This document shows, piece after piece, positions 21,166 to 29,528 of a stretch of DNA of 64,000 nt. The stretch spans positions 20,521-84,520 of the forward strand of contig JAHQWJ010000138.1 of assembly GCA_029856125.1 (NCBI GenBank), read 5' to 3'. Every line of letters begins with the position of its first letter. The stretch's first letter is position 1. Position numbers and translations under genes: made by a program. The DNA comes from Promethearchaeia archaeon. Its GTDB lineage: Archaea > Asgardarchaeota > Lokiarchaeia > Sigyniarchaeales > SOKP01. A model generated the notes under the pieces. That model made no database searches, was not told the DNA's origin, and saw only the letters and a program-made list of their open reading frames with translations.

Positions 21166-21259
21166 CAAGATTTGAAATGAAGAGAGGTAATTATAATAAT
21201 GAAGAGAGATTAAAATTAATAATTTTTATAATTAGAATCAGCAGATAATTACTTTAAAA

Positions 21260-21913
21260 ATGGCTATCAATTTAGGAAACGATCCGAATATATTGATATT
21301 AATATCTTTTGCTGAAATTTTGTTCGTTCTTGTTCCTTCATTAATTGCCGCAAAAATAGAAAAAACTCCATTCATCGTAGAAGTTAAAAAACTTGGTTTT
21401 AATGTAAAAAATCCAAAACTCAAGAATATCCTATTAAAAATTTGTGCGGGAATATTTATTGGATTTTTATTCTTTTTCATTAGTGATTTACTATTAACCT
21501 TTTATATGAGCTTTATAATTCAAAATCTGTTTGGAGCACATTTTATTGAAGAGGCTATAGGTAACGCGATTTCTACATCACCTGTGAATCCTAATTTTAT
21601 TCAATTATCACTTCTTATAGCGATTCAAATCGCTATTATCGGGCCATGTGAAGAGGCGTTTTTTAGGGGTTTTATTATCAATAAAAGCAAAAATAAGGTG
21701 AAGTTAATCTACTCTATCATTCTTTCTTCATTTTTATTCACATTATATCATGTTCCTCCTTTTCTCGTACCTTTGACTACAATCATAACTTTTTTTGGAT
21801 ATTACTTCACTTTTGGAATTTTATTATCTTTAGTTTTCGTCGCGTTTAAAAGCTCTCTTCTCCCAAGCTCAATTGCTCATTCTAGTTTAAACATATTACT
21901 TCTAATATTTTGA
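21260..21913 (+). CDS. CPBP family intramembrane glutamic endopeptidase
   Basis: GPCEEAFFRG, LFTLYH, SIAHSSLN. Confidence 0.88.
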   Translation: MAINLGNDPNILILISFAEILFVLVPSLIAAKIEKTPFIVEVKKLGFNVKNPKLKNILLKICAGIFIGFLFFFISDLLLTFYMSFIIQNLFGAHFIEEAIGNAISTSPVNPNFIQLSLLIAIQIAIIGPCEEAFFRGFIINKSKNKVKLIYSIILSSFLFTLYHVPPFLVPLTTIITFFGYYFTFGILLSLVFVAFKSSLLPSSIAHSSLNILLLIF

Positions 21914-22081
21914 GGAAAAGAGGTTCGTTGGGATAGAAGGTTTAAAAGTATTGAAAAATAAATAAAAACATACATTTAAAAAATCTTACAAAGATAAATA
22001 TAATTAAGTCAAACCTATCAATATTAAATATTGGAGTACAGAAAAATAATTAGTACCATCTATCAATAAGGGTAAAGAATT

Positions 22082-22612
22082 TTGGCAGGCTACGATTACA
22101 CTTGGAAAATAATGATGTTAGGGGACGCGGCTGTTGGGAAGACTTCCTTAACATTAAGGTATATTTCGGGCTTTTTCCTACAAGATTTGAAACTCACGAT
22201 TGGAGTAGATTTTTATTCAAAAACTACCACCCATAGAGAGAAAAAAGTAAAACTACAAATTTGGGATTTTGGTGGAGAAGAACGATTTAGATTTCTCTTA
22301 CATCAATATTGTAAAGGAGCTAACGCTGCCTTCTTCTTATATGACATTACTAATAGGTTATCTTTGGACCATTTACCTGATTGGACTCAAATCATCCGAG
22401 AACATGCTGGAGATATCCCCATTATGCTAATTGGTTCTAAAGTAGATTTAAAGGAATTCCGAGCTGTTACAAGGGAGGAAGGGATTTTAGCTGCTAAAAA
22501 ATATAATTTATCTTCATTTATAGAATTGTCTTCTAAGACGGGTCAAAATGTTGAGAAAGCATTTGATGTAATAACTGAAACTCTTTTTGAAAGATATAAA
22601 CCTAGTTTATAG
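22082..22612 (+). CDS. Rab-like small GTPase
   Basis: GDAAVGKTS, TIGVDF, LQIWDFGGEERF, GSKVDL, ELSSKTGQNV; no C-terminal Cys motif. Confidence 0.92.
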   Translation: MAGYDYTWKIMMLGDAAVGKTSLTLRYISGFFLQDLKLTIGVDFYSKTTTHREKKVKLQIWDFGGEERFRFLLHQYCKGANAAFFLYDITNRLSLDHLPDWTQIIREHAGDIPIMLIGSKVDLKEFRAVTREEGILAAKKYNLSSFIELSSKTGQNVEKAFDVITETLFERYKPSL

Positions 22613-22670
22613 CGGAAAAAAATTTGAATCTTTGTTAACATTTTTTCATAAAGAAAGGAATTAAAACTAA

Positions 22671-24647
22671 TCAAATTGCTAGATGCCAAACTTGCATATT
22701 ATTAGCACCTCTATTATTCCATGCAAAATATGGAATTGCGGTAAATTTACTGGCACTGTTAGTTGTCCCGGTAATGAGATTGACACCCCCTAACAATTCT
22801 GTTTCGAACTTAACACGTAAATCCTGATTTTTAGAGATAACAATATTAAAAATATCACTATTTTTATTATCTTTTTGCTCAAGACAATAGATTAACGGCC
22901 CATTAGATATAGATACTCTTTTTCTGTTTCCTTTGATTCTCGGATCACTTTCAACAAGAATTGGTATCATTTTAAAAGTTAAATCAATTTCGTCATTATC
23001 TAACCATTTTCTTAAAATTTCAACGTATTTTCCTTTATTTATTATATTTGAGTGCCTTTGGCCATTGATATTAATGTCCGTGCCATAACTCCAATCTGGA
23101 ATTCTAAGGAATAAAGAAAATTTTTGGCTTTTAGACAATACAAATTTAATGGTAATCTCCCCTTTCCAAGGGAATTCACTTTTTTGGATAATTTTGACTA
23201 CGTTTGAGCCCAATTCAATATTTGCTTTATTTCCAATGTACTGGTGAATCCAAATTCCTTCTTTCGAAGTGCTGTAGATATAATCTCCTAAGGAAGCGAT
23301 GGTTCTGGCTACATTAGGAGGACAACAAGCACATCTAAACCATTCGCTTCTTTTATCCTTAGCATATGAAACTAAAGGATTATCGTATGTGTATTCTTTA
23401 CCATCAATGGATTGGCCAACCAACATCGCGTTATATAACACCCTTTCTATCAAATCTGCATATTTACTGTTGGCGGTTATTTGGAGCATTCGCAAGTTCC
23501 ACATCATATTTCCAATCGCGGAACAAGTTTCAGAATATGAATCTTCATTCTTTAAAGCAAAATCTTTTTTAAAACCTTCTGTGCCTTTTTCAGATCCAGT
23601 CCCACCAGTAATATACATTCTGGCTTTAACCATTTTCAACCATACTCTACGAAGGGCTTTTAATAATGTTTTATCTCCTATTTCAGAATATAAATCAGCC
23701 ATCCCACAAAATAAATACATTGCTCTAACAGCGTGTCCAACGGGTTCGAAAATTTTTCTTACTGGAACATTTGATTGAATATAAGCTCCGTTCAAGTTTT
23801 CTTTGTAGAGTATTAATTGACTTTTTAGTGTAAGATTCGTAGCCCATTCTGATACTTCGCTCTCCTGTTCTTTAATAATATTTTCTTTTCCTACTGACAA
23901 AAAAAATTCTTTATTTTTCTTTTTTGCTATTCCTAGGGTAGCTAGCATGTTTATATATTGATTAGCAACATAAGTTTTAAAGTTCGACACATTTCCTCTT
24001 CGGTTAACAAATTCTTCCGCTAAATTTAAGTAATTTGAGTTCTCAGTGATTCTATACAACGCGATTAAAGCCATTTCGATTTCCTCGTGACCGGGAACGC
24101 CCTTCCTTTTTCCTCCCAAATATTGAGACACTAACAAATTTGCAAACTTAATGGCTACATTTATCATTACTTGTTTCTTAGTAGCATGATGGTGGGCTAT
24201 AGCTGCTTGGATCAAATGACCCGCACAATACAATTCATGCATTAGGTATATATTTGTGAACCTTTTTTCTATAAACCTGGTCGAATAGAATGTATTAACA
24301 TATCCATCTATAGTTTGAGATTTCTTTATTAAATCAACAACCTCATTCACTTTTGCTTCTAAGCCAGGATCACTATAAATATTAAGGATGTAACATGCTG
24401 CTTCAAGCCATTTATAAAGATCCGAATCAAAGTAGAATTCTCCTATTTGAACTCCTTTTTTAAGACCTGAAGCAACTCTAAAATTATCTATGTGAAAATC
24501 ACCTTCTAGCATTTGATGTTGATGGTGAATTGATATTTCTCGATTGATCTGCTGTCTTTTTGACCAAAAACTATCGTTAATATTAACATCTACAAACGAA
24601 ACGGGCTTTAGCTTATTAAAAGGTCGTTTATTAGTGTTATACGTCAT
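22671..24647 (-). CDS. Glycoside hydrolase family 127 (beta-L-arabinofuranosidase-like)
   Basis: DSDLYKWLEA, HELYCAGH, GHEEIE, GHAVRAMY, YSETC, CACCPPN, GPLIYCLE, IPYFAWNNRG. Confidence 0.92.
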   Translation of the reverse strand: MTYNTNKRPFNKLKPVSFVDVNINDSFWSKRQQINREISIHHQHQMLEGDFHIDNFRVASGLKKGVQIGEFYFDSDLYKWLEAACYILNIYSDPGLEAKVNEVVDLIKKSQTIDGYVNTFYSTRFIEKRFTNIYLMHELYCAGHLIQAAIAHHHATKKQVMINVAIKFANLLVSQYLGGKRKGVPGHEEIEMALIALYRITENSNYLNLAEEFVNRRGNVSNFKTYVANQYINMLATLGIAKKKNKEFFLSVGKENIIKEQESEVSEWATNLTLKSQLILYKENLNGAYIQSNVPVRKIFEPVGHAVRAMYLFCGMADLYSEIGDKTLLKALRRVWLKMVKARMYITGGTGSEKGTEGFKKDFALKNEDSYSETCSAIGNMMWNLRMLQITANSKYADLIERVLYNAMLVGQSIDGKEYTYDNPLVSYAKDKRSEWFRCACCPPNVARTIASLGDYIYSTSKEGIWIHQYIGNKANIELGSNVVKIIQKSEFPWKGEITIKFVLSKSQKFSLFLRIPDWSYGTDININGQRHSNIINKGKYVEILRKWLDNDEIDLTFKMIPILVESDPRIKGNRKRVSISNGPLIYCLEQKDNKNSDIFNIVISKNQDLRVKFETELLGGVNLITGTTNSASKFTAIPYFAWNNRGANNMQVWHLAI

Positions 24648-24745
24648 CTTTAAAAAACTACGTTTTTAAAAAAATATAGAAAAAATAATTAAGAATAGAA
24701 AATAAAATATTTTAATTATTCAATCCAATAAAGTGAAAATAAAAC

Positions 24746-25648
24746 ACGTCTGATTTAACTTATTTTATAGGAATTATTTTCGCACTCCTTGCGGGAATTG
24801 TGGTCTATATTGGAGCTCTTATTCAAAAGTCTGTTATCAATAAACACTCTAATGACCCAAAGTTTATCAGAAGTCTTGTTAAAAGCCCAGTATGGTTCCT
24901 GGGGCTTCTACTACAAATTATTATCGGAGGGCTTATTTTTTACTTTATAGCGATTATTTTTATAGGACCTGCCTTGGTTCCAGGTCTAATGTCTGCAGGA
25001 TTAATTGTTCTTGCGTTAGGTTCTGTTAAAATTTTAAAAGAAACATTAGGAAAAGTGGAGATTTTTGGTATAATCTTAATGATTATTGGCGTTACCTTGC
25101 TTGGCTTAAGCCAATTATCAATTGATGTTTCTACATTTATTATCCTTGATTATGATTTCATTTTTAGAATTATTTTGTTCACGATTGTTATTCTTTCTTT
25201 AGCAATTTTGTTTGAAATTTTGCGTCGAAAACACAAAAAGTTTAAAGGCTTATTAATGGCAATCGAGGCGGGATTAATCCTCTCTCTGAATACTGTTTGG
25301 GCGAGTCCGGGAACTACAGTTGTAACTCACGTAGTTGAAGGAATTATAATTGAAGAAGAAATAATATTTGGAATTATAATTGGCATAATCCTCCTCCTAA
25401 TTGTAGCTATTGGAATCACTATAGGACAAATTTCGCTTAAATACGGGCAAGCTAATATTTTGATCCCATTAACAAGCGTCCCGATTCAGATAATACCAGT
25501 ATTTGCTTTTTTTATTGTATTTCTATCTACGCCCTCTAATATTCTTTCAGTAATCTATTTGATAATTGGATTTATTCTCATTATAAGTAGCTCTTTTTTA
25601 CTCTCTAAACGGCAAGCTAAGCTTGAAAAAGTAAAGAAAGATCAATAA
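24746..25648 (+). CDS. DMT superfamily (NIPA/Mg2+ transporter-like) membrane protein; frame open upstream of track GTG 24800 to ACG 24746
   Basis: In-frame SDLTYFIGIIFALLAGIVVYIGALIQK first TM helix; WFLGLLL; KETLGKVEIFGI. Confidence 0.7.
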   Translation, partial: TSDLTYFIGIIFALLAGIVVYIGALIQKSVINKHSNDPKFIRSLVKSPVWFLGLLLQIIIGGLIFYFIAIIFIGPALVPGLMSAGLIVLALGSVKILKETLGKVEIFGIILMIIGVTLLGLSQLSIDVSTFIILDYDFIFRIILFTIVILSLAILFEILRRKHKKFKGLLMAIEAGLILSLNTVWASPGTTVVTHVVEGIIIEEEIIFGIIIGIILLLIVAIGITIGQISLKYGQANILIPLTSVPIQIIPVFAFFIVFLSTPSNILSVIYLIIGFILIISSSFLLSKRQAKLEKVKKDQ

Positions 25649-25665
25649 ATAAAAAAAAGGAGAAT

Positions 25666-26175
25666 TTATTTTTTTGTAGTAAGATAAGCTATTATACCGT
25701 AGATTAATCCATTTACCAAACTCCCAAAGATCACATTCATTAAAGCCGCAGTTTGGTAAAATTCCCCTGCAAGCAATACTTGATAAGCAAATCCTTGATA
25801 TAGTATTATAATACTAACAAGCATACATATTATTGCAGATAGGAAAAATCCTGCGAACGCATGAACCCGCTTTTCGCTAAGTCTTCCAGTTATCACAGCA
25901 GCAATTAATGGAGCAATTATAAATCCAAGATTAAGGAAGAAAAAATTCCAACTAATAGGATCAGTCCCGATTGAGTAAGCTAAAAGATCTACTAAATACC
26001 AAATAGCATGGGCAGTTGAGGAGAACAACACGTAGAGAAGATAGGGCACATTTGGTAATATACCTGTTATGAAATTATCAAAACCATAGCCGATAGCATA
26101 GATTATGGTAAAAACTACAGCATTTAAGACTACTAATGCTACGAAACTAACTATAAAAGATTTTCCAAAACTCAT
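25666..26175 (-). CDS. Hypothetical multi-TM membrane protein, paralog 1
   Basis: 169 aa, hydrophobic; shares HAIW, APLIAA..GR..EKR.H.F.G.FL, GSL.NGLI.G motifs with the next gene. Confidence 0.8.
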   Translation of the reverse strand: MSFGKSFIVSFVALVVLNAVVFTIIYAIGYGFDNFITGILPNVPYLLYVLFSSTAHAIWYLVDLLAYSIGTDPISWNFFFLNLGFIIAPLIAAVITGRLSEKRVHAFAGFFLSAIICMLVSIIILYQGFAYQVLLAGEFYQTAALMNVIFGSLVNGLIYGIIAYLTTKK

Positions 26176-26426
26176 ATCCTTTCCTTCTGATTTTATGTAT
26201 AAACTAGATTAAATTTCTTAGTTGTGTATTATTAGAATGCCTTTTTTATATAAATTTTACCTCTTGAGATGACTATTTTAGATACATTAAGGAATGTCTC
26301 CATCTTATTAGAATCTTAAAAGAATTCATTCCTCAATTTTTGACTAGATATCTCCGGAATATATTAAATATTTTTGGATACTTATATGAATTTATTTTGT
26401 AATTAAAAGAAAAAAGATGTAAAAAT

Positions 26427-26936
26427 TTATTTTCTTTTTGTTGTAAAGAAAGCTAAAAGTCCAAAAATTAGGCCGTTAAGGAGACTTCCTCCAACAACAA
26501 TAAACAACGCACCACTACCGAGAAATTCACTAGTGATAATTATTTGATAAGAAACACTGTTAAATATTAGTATCAATGAAACAGTCATGCTGACTAAAGA
26601 AGTCAAAAAGACTCCGAAAAACGAATGTATCCTTTTCTCCCCAACTCTTCCGGCAACTATAGCCGCAATCAAAGGAGCAACAAGTATTATAAGAATCGAA
26701 AATAAGCTAAATAGATTATCATTAACAATTTGGTATGCTATTCTATCTACAGTTAACCAAATCGCATGTCCCATCGAACAGAAGAGATTATAAATGAGAC
26801 TTGTCGTAGCTCCTGCTGTAAATATGCTAATTATATCGTCAAATCTACCAAAACTAACATAAAGTATGATTACTAATAATAGATTGCAGACCATCAATGT
26901 TAGTAGACTAAACAAAAACGCTTTTAGTAAACTCAT
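26427..26936 (-). CDS. Hypothetical multi-TM membrane protein, paralog 2
   Basis: 169 aa, tandem paralog of 25666-26175. Confidence 0.8.
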   Translation of the reverse strand: MSLLKAFLFSLLTLMVCNLLLVIILYVSFGRFDDIISIFTAGATTSLIYNLFCSMGHAIWLTVDRIAYQIVNDNLFSLFSILIILVAPLIAAIVAGRVGEKRIHSFFGVFLTSLVSMTVSLILIFNSVSYQIIITSEFLGSGALFIVVGGSLLNGLIFGLLAFFTTKRK

Positions 26937-27363
26937 ATTTATTATCTTTTCATATTTTTATATACAAATTGATTATTCATCAAATGAATTATATTCCTAT
27001 TTAAACCTTCTCTGATTTTGTTTGAATTAAATTGAGATTTTTCACACATACAAATTTCAATTAATGTTGTCTTTGATAGATTAGATCGGATTGAAATTAT
27101 TCTAACAAAACTAGGCTGTTGACTTTGAATTTTGACTCCTTCAAGTAAATTTATAATTACAGACCTATCTTGTAAAGAAGCACCGTTTCTAAAGAATAAT
27201 TACTAAAAAGGCGACTACCGATTATTCATTTTGAGATATGTTAAAGTCTAACGATTCAATACAACAAGAATTTTCAGTACAATTGGATATATAAAAAAAA
27301 AGAAAAAAAAGTTTTTATTTTTTGCTAAACAATCTGGTTCAAACAGAAAATCGGTTAGATCAA

Positions 27364-27570
27364 TCAAATTAAGTTGATAGCGATTTTCATATCATTTTGT
27401 GTAACCTTCTTACGACCTGAATGTTTTGCTATGTCTAGCGCGCAGCCAGTTAAAGTTTTTGCGTATTCTTCTAAATAGTCCATTAACTTATCTACTGCGG
27501 CTCTACTAACGATTTCGGCTCCCGCTTTTTTCATTAAAGCTCTAAGCGGACTCCATGCGAACGCGGCCAT
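27364..27570 (-). CDS. Archaeal histone, copy 1 (uninterrupted, 68 aa)
   Basis: Histone fold: PLRALMKKAGAEIVSRAAV...AKHSGRKKVTQNDMKIA; SD GTGGAGGA upstream. Confidence 0.95.
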   Translation of the reverse strand: MAAFAWSPLRALMKKAGAEIVSRAAVDKLMDYLEEYAKTLTGCALDIAKHSGRKKVTQNDMKIAINLI

Positions 27571-27696
27571 GATTTTATTCCTCCACTAATTATTTTTGTT
27601 TAATTTCCCGCACTTTTTACAAGTTTGGGTTAAATTCTTTAATTTTTAATTTTTTAAAAAAATTTAAAGTATTTAAATTAAAATTGGTATTATTCC

Positions 27697-27704
27697 TATA
27701 TAAA
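27697..27704 (-). promoter_or_regulatory. TATA box of histone copy 1 (TTTATATA)
   Basis: Conserved with flanks at the equivalent position in copy 2 (28754-28761). Confidence 0.65.
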
Positions 27705-28034
27705 TGTGTTGGTTGATCATAGTTTATCCGAGTAATTTTATCATCCAATTATGGTCGACAAAAAGAATCATTGTTGCTGAGAAAAAAAAAATTTAATAGC
27801 AAAATCAGATCGTAAAAAATGATCAAATGTTGACTTCGGTTGTAAATTTGGATTTGAAGTTGAACTTAAGACCTATTAATATTGTTGAGATCCTTGACGA
27901 GTTTTCAGAAAATATTCTTGTTAGTAAAAGATAGAGTAGGCTATAATATGAGAATTCAAATATTCAGTATTTTTGAGCCACATATTCTAACCTACTTTTT
28001 TATTACTTCTAATCTATAGAAGTTCAAAAAATAT

Positions 28035-28317
28035 TCAAAAAAAATTGTCCATCCTTTTGTATTTTGATTCGTCTATAACTTCTCTCCCCTCAACGAAGAG
28101 GGCGAACTATCGCCTTTTGTTAAACTTCTTAACGAGATTAATTCCAATCCAAAAGTTATTCTATCGAAAGAAAAACTTACCAACGTCATTTACTAATGAA
28201 CTTCTTTCTCTAGATGACAAGGAAAAATTGTCGGATATAGCAGTTAATCAATATATCAACTCATATAAGACAGTTAAGGCAGATTATCTAGATTATTGTA
28301 AGGGAAAAGGTATTTAA
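28035..28317 (+). pseudogene. Probable degraded gene fragment between the histone copies
   Basis: Protein-like reading IVHPFVF*FVYNFSPLNEEGELSPFVKLLNEINSNPKVILSKEKLTNV in one frame, continuing as NELLSLDDKEKLSDIAVNQY...KGKGI* in another (internal TGA plus frameshift). Confidence 0.4.
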
Positions 28318-28382
28318 AAAAAGAAAAAAAAGTATTTTTTTTTTTTGCTAAACAAACAAGTCCAAACAGATAAATCGATCAA

Positions 28383-28618
28383 TTAAATTAAGTTGATTGC
28401 GATTTTCATATCTGCTTGAGTCTAAAGGCATTCTAGATACTAGAACAGCATACTTTCTTACGACGTGAGTGTTTTGCTATATCTAGCGCGCAACCTGTAA
28501 GTTCTTTGGCGTATTCTTCCAAATAATCCATTAACTTATCAACTGCGGCTCGACTAACGATTTCGGCTCCCGCTTTTTTCATTAAAGCTCTAAGCGGACT
28601 CCATGCGAATGCTGCCAT
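28383..28618 (-). CDS. Archaeal histone, copy 2, split: exon 1 28618-28451, exon 2 28421-28383; spliced product 68 aa
   Basis: Exon 1 reads MAAFAWSP...AKHSRRKKV and exon 2 reads TQADMKIAINLI*. Joined, it is colinear with copy 1 (65/68 identical residues). The track start at 28669 lies in the leader. Confidence 0.85.
28422..28450 (-). other. Candidate 29-nt bulge-helix-bulge (archaeal tRNA-type) intron in histone mRNA
   Basis: Insert TGCTGTTCTAGTATCTAGAATGCCTTTAG is absent from copy 1; 4-bp helix AAAG/CUUU flanked by 3-nt bulges UA^U and AG^A; internal hairpin UUCUAG-UAU-CUAGAA. Confidence 0.75.
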
Positions 28619-28753
28619 AATTTTTTTAATTTCCTCCACGGATGTATAATTTTGGTTATTTTCCCGCACTTTTTACAAGTTTGGGTTAAACTCTTTAATT
28701 TTTAATTTTTGTTTAAAAATGTAAAGTATTTAATGTTAAATTGGCATTACTCC

Positions 28754-28761
28754 TATATAAA
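28754..28761 (-). promoter_or_regulatory. TATA box of histone copy 2 (TTTATATA)
   Basis: Same motif and context as copy 1. Confidence 0.65.
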
Positions 28762-29060
28762 TGTGTTGGTAGATGATGCGCATCCGAGTAATTTTATCAT
28801 CCCATTTTGGTCGACAAAAAAAATTTGAATTTTTATAGCACGATTTTTTTAGTAGTGAATTCCGATCTCCAAAAATGATCAATTATTGGCATCGATTGGC
28901 AATGTTTACCCAAAGTCAAATTAAGTTTCATACTAATCTGGCTAACATCCTTAGCGTAGGAGATTAAAATATTCTTGTTAATAAAAAATAGAGTAGAGTA
29001 TAATATGAGATTTTAAATATTTAATGTTTTAAAGCCTTGTTTCTGATATTATGCTTTATA

Positions 29061-29528
29061 TCATGTGATTTCAAAATTAGATACCTTAATAATTTTTGTG
29101 ATAGGTTTAACAATTGGTATTAACTTATCAAATTCAAAATAAAAAGCGTTCCAGCATTTTTCAAACCTAATTTCAATTACTTTTATAAGAGAAAATACGA
29201 TTTCTTCTTTATAATATTTTAATTCGCTTATTGATTTCGCTAATCGACCTCTTGCGAGGTGTAAAAAATGTCTAGAATTATCTACATGCTTTAATTTTCC
29301 TTTTGCAACCATGTTATATAATAGTTCCCACGCAGACACGGTACTAGAGTAAATACCGTTTACATCTGAAATCCATAATTTTTTAGTTACATCGTCCAAT
29401 TTCTTACGGGAGTTTAAAAAATCTACGATACCATCTTTTATATCCTCGAGTTCTTGGATATAATCTCTAATCTTCCAAATCCTCTTTATATCATCTTTTC
29501 TATCAATTAATTTTTCTTCGTCACTTAT
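29061..29528 (-). CDS. Hypothetical helical protein; probable ATA start at 29528
   Basis: Frame is open 43 codons upstream of track TTG (SDEEKLIDRKDDIKRIWKIRDYIQELEDIKDGIVDFL); GGTGAT SD lies 6 nt before ATA. Confidence 0.65.
   Translation of the reverse strand: MSDEEKLIDRKDDIKRIWKIRDYIQELEDIKDGIVDFLNSRKKLDDVTKKLWISDVNGIYSSTVSAWELLYNMVAKGKLKHVDNSRHFLHLARGRLAKSISELKYYKEEIVFSLIKVIEIRFEKCWNAFYFEFDKLIPIVKPITKIIKVSNFEIT

Larger units (their letters stand above)
27293..29036 (-). repeat. Diverged tandem duplication of a ~0.7 kb histone locus (about 27293-27979 and 28316-29036)
   Basis: Alignable 3' T-tract region, CDS, leader, TATA and upstream blocks such as ATCCGAGTAATTTTATCATCC, GGTCGACAAAAA, AATATTCTTGTTA, TATAATATGAGA. 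Confidence 0.9.

Noticed and set aside
23299-23778. Long antisense ORFs (also 31277-31738, 8336-8740, 46952-47338, 53485-53856 and other short track ORFs)
   Set aside because: Shadow frames of well-supported genes, with no motifs of their own.
28087-28118. Alternative hairpins CCCTC/GAGGG and AGAGGGCGA/TCGCCTTTT as a riboswitch or terminator
   Set aside because: They fall within a protein-like remnant frame and no downstream gene is positioned to be regulated; likely chance.
28045-28317. 90-aa + strand ORF as an intact gene
   Set aside because: Its first half appears to be the off-frame reading of a frameshifted remnant.
28619-28669. Track N-terminal extension MRENNQNYTSVEEIKKI as a histone tail
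   Set aside because: The GTG lies inside the conserved leader hairpin and the segment contains the SD. Copy 1 lacks the in-frame extension, so the true start is ATG 28618.
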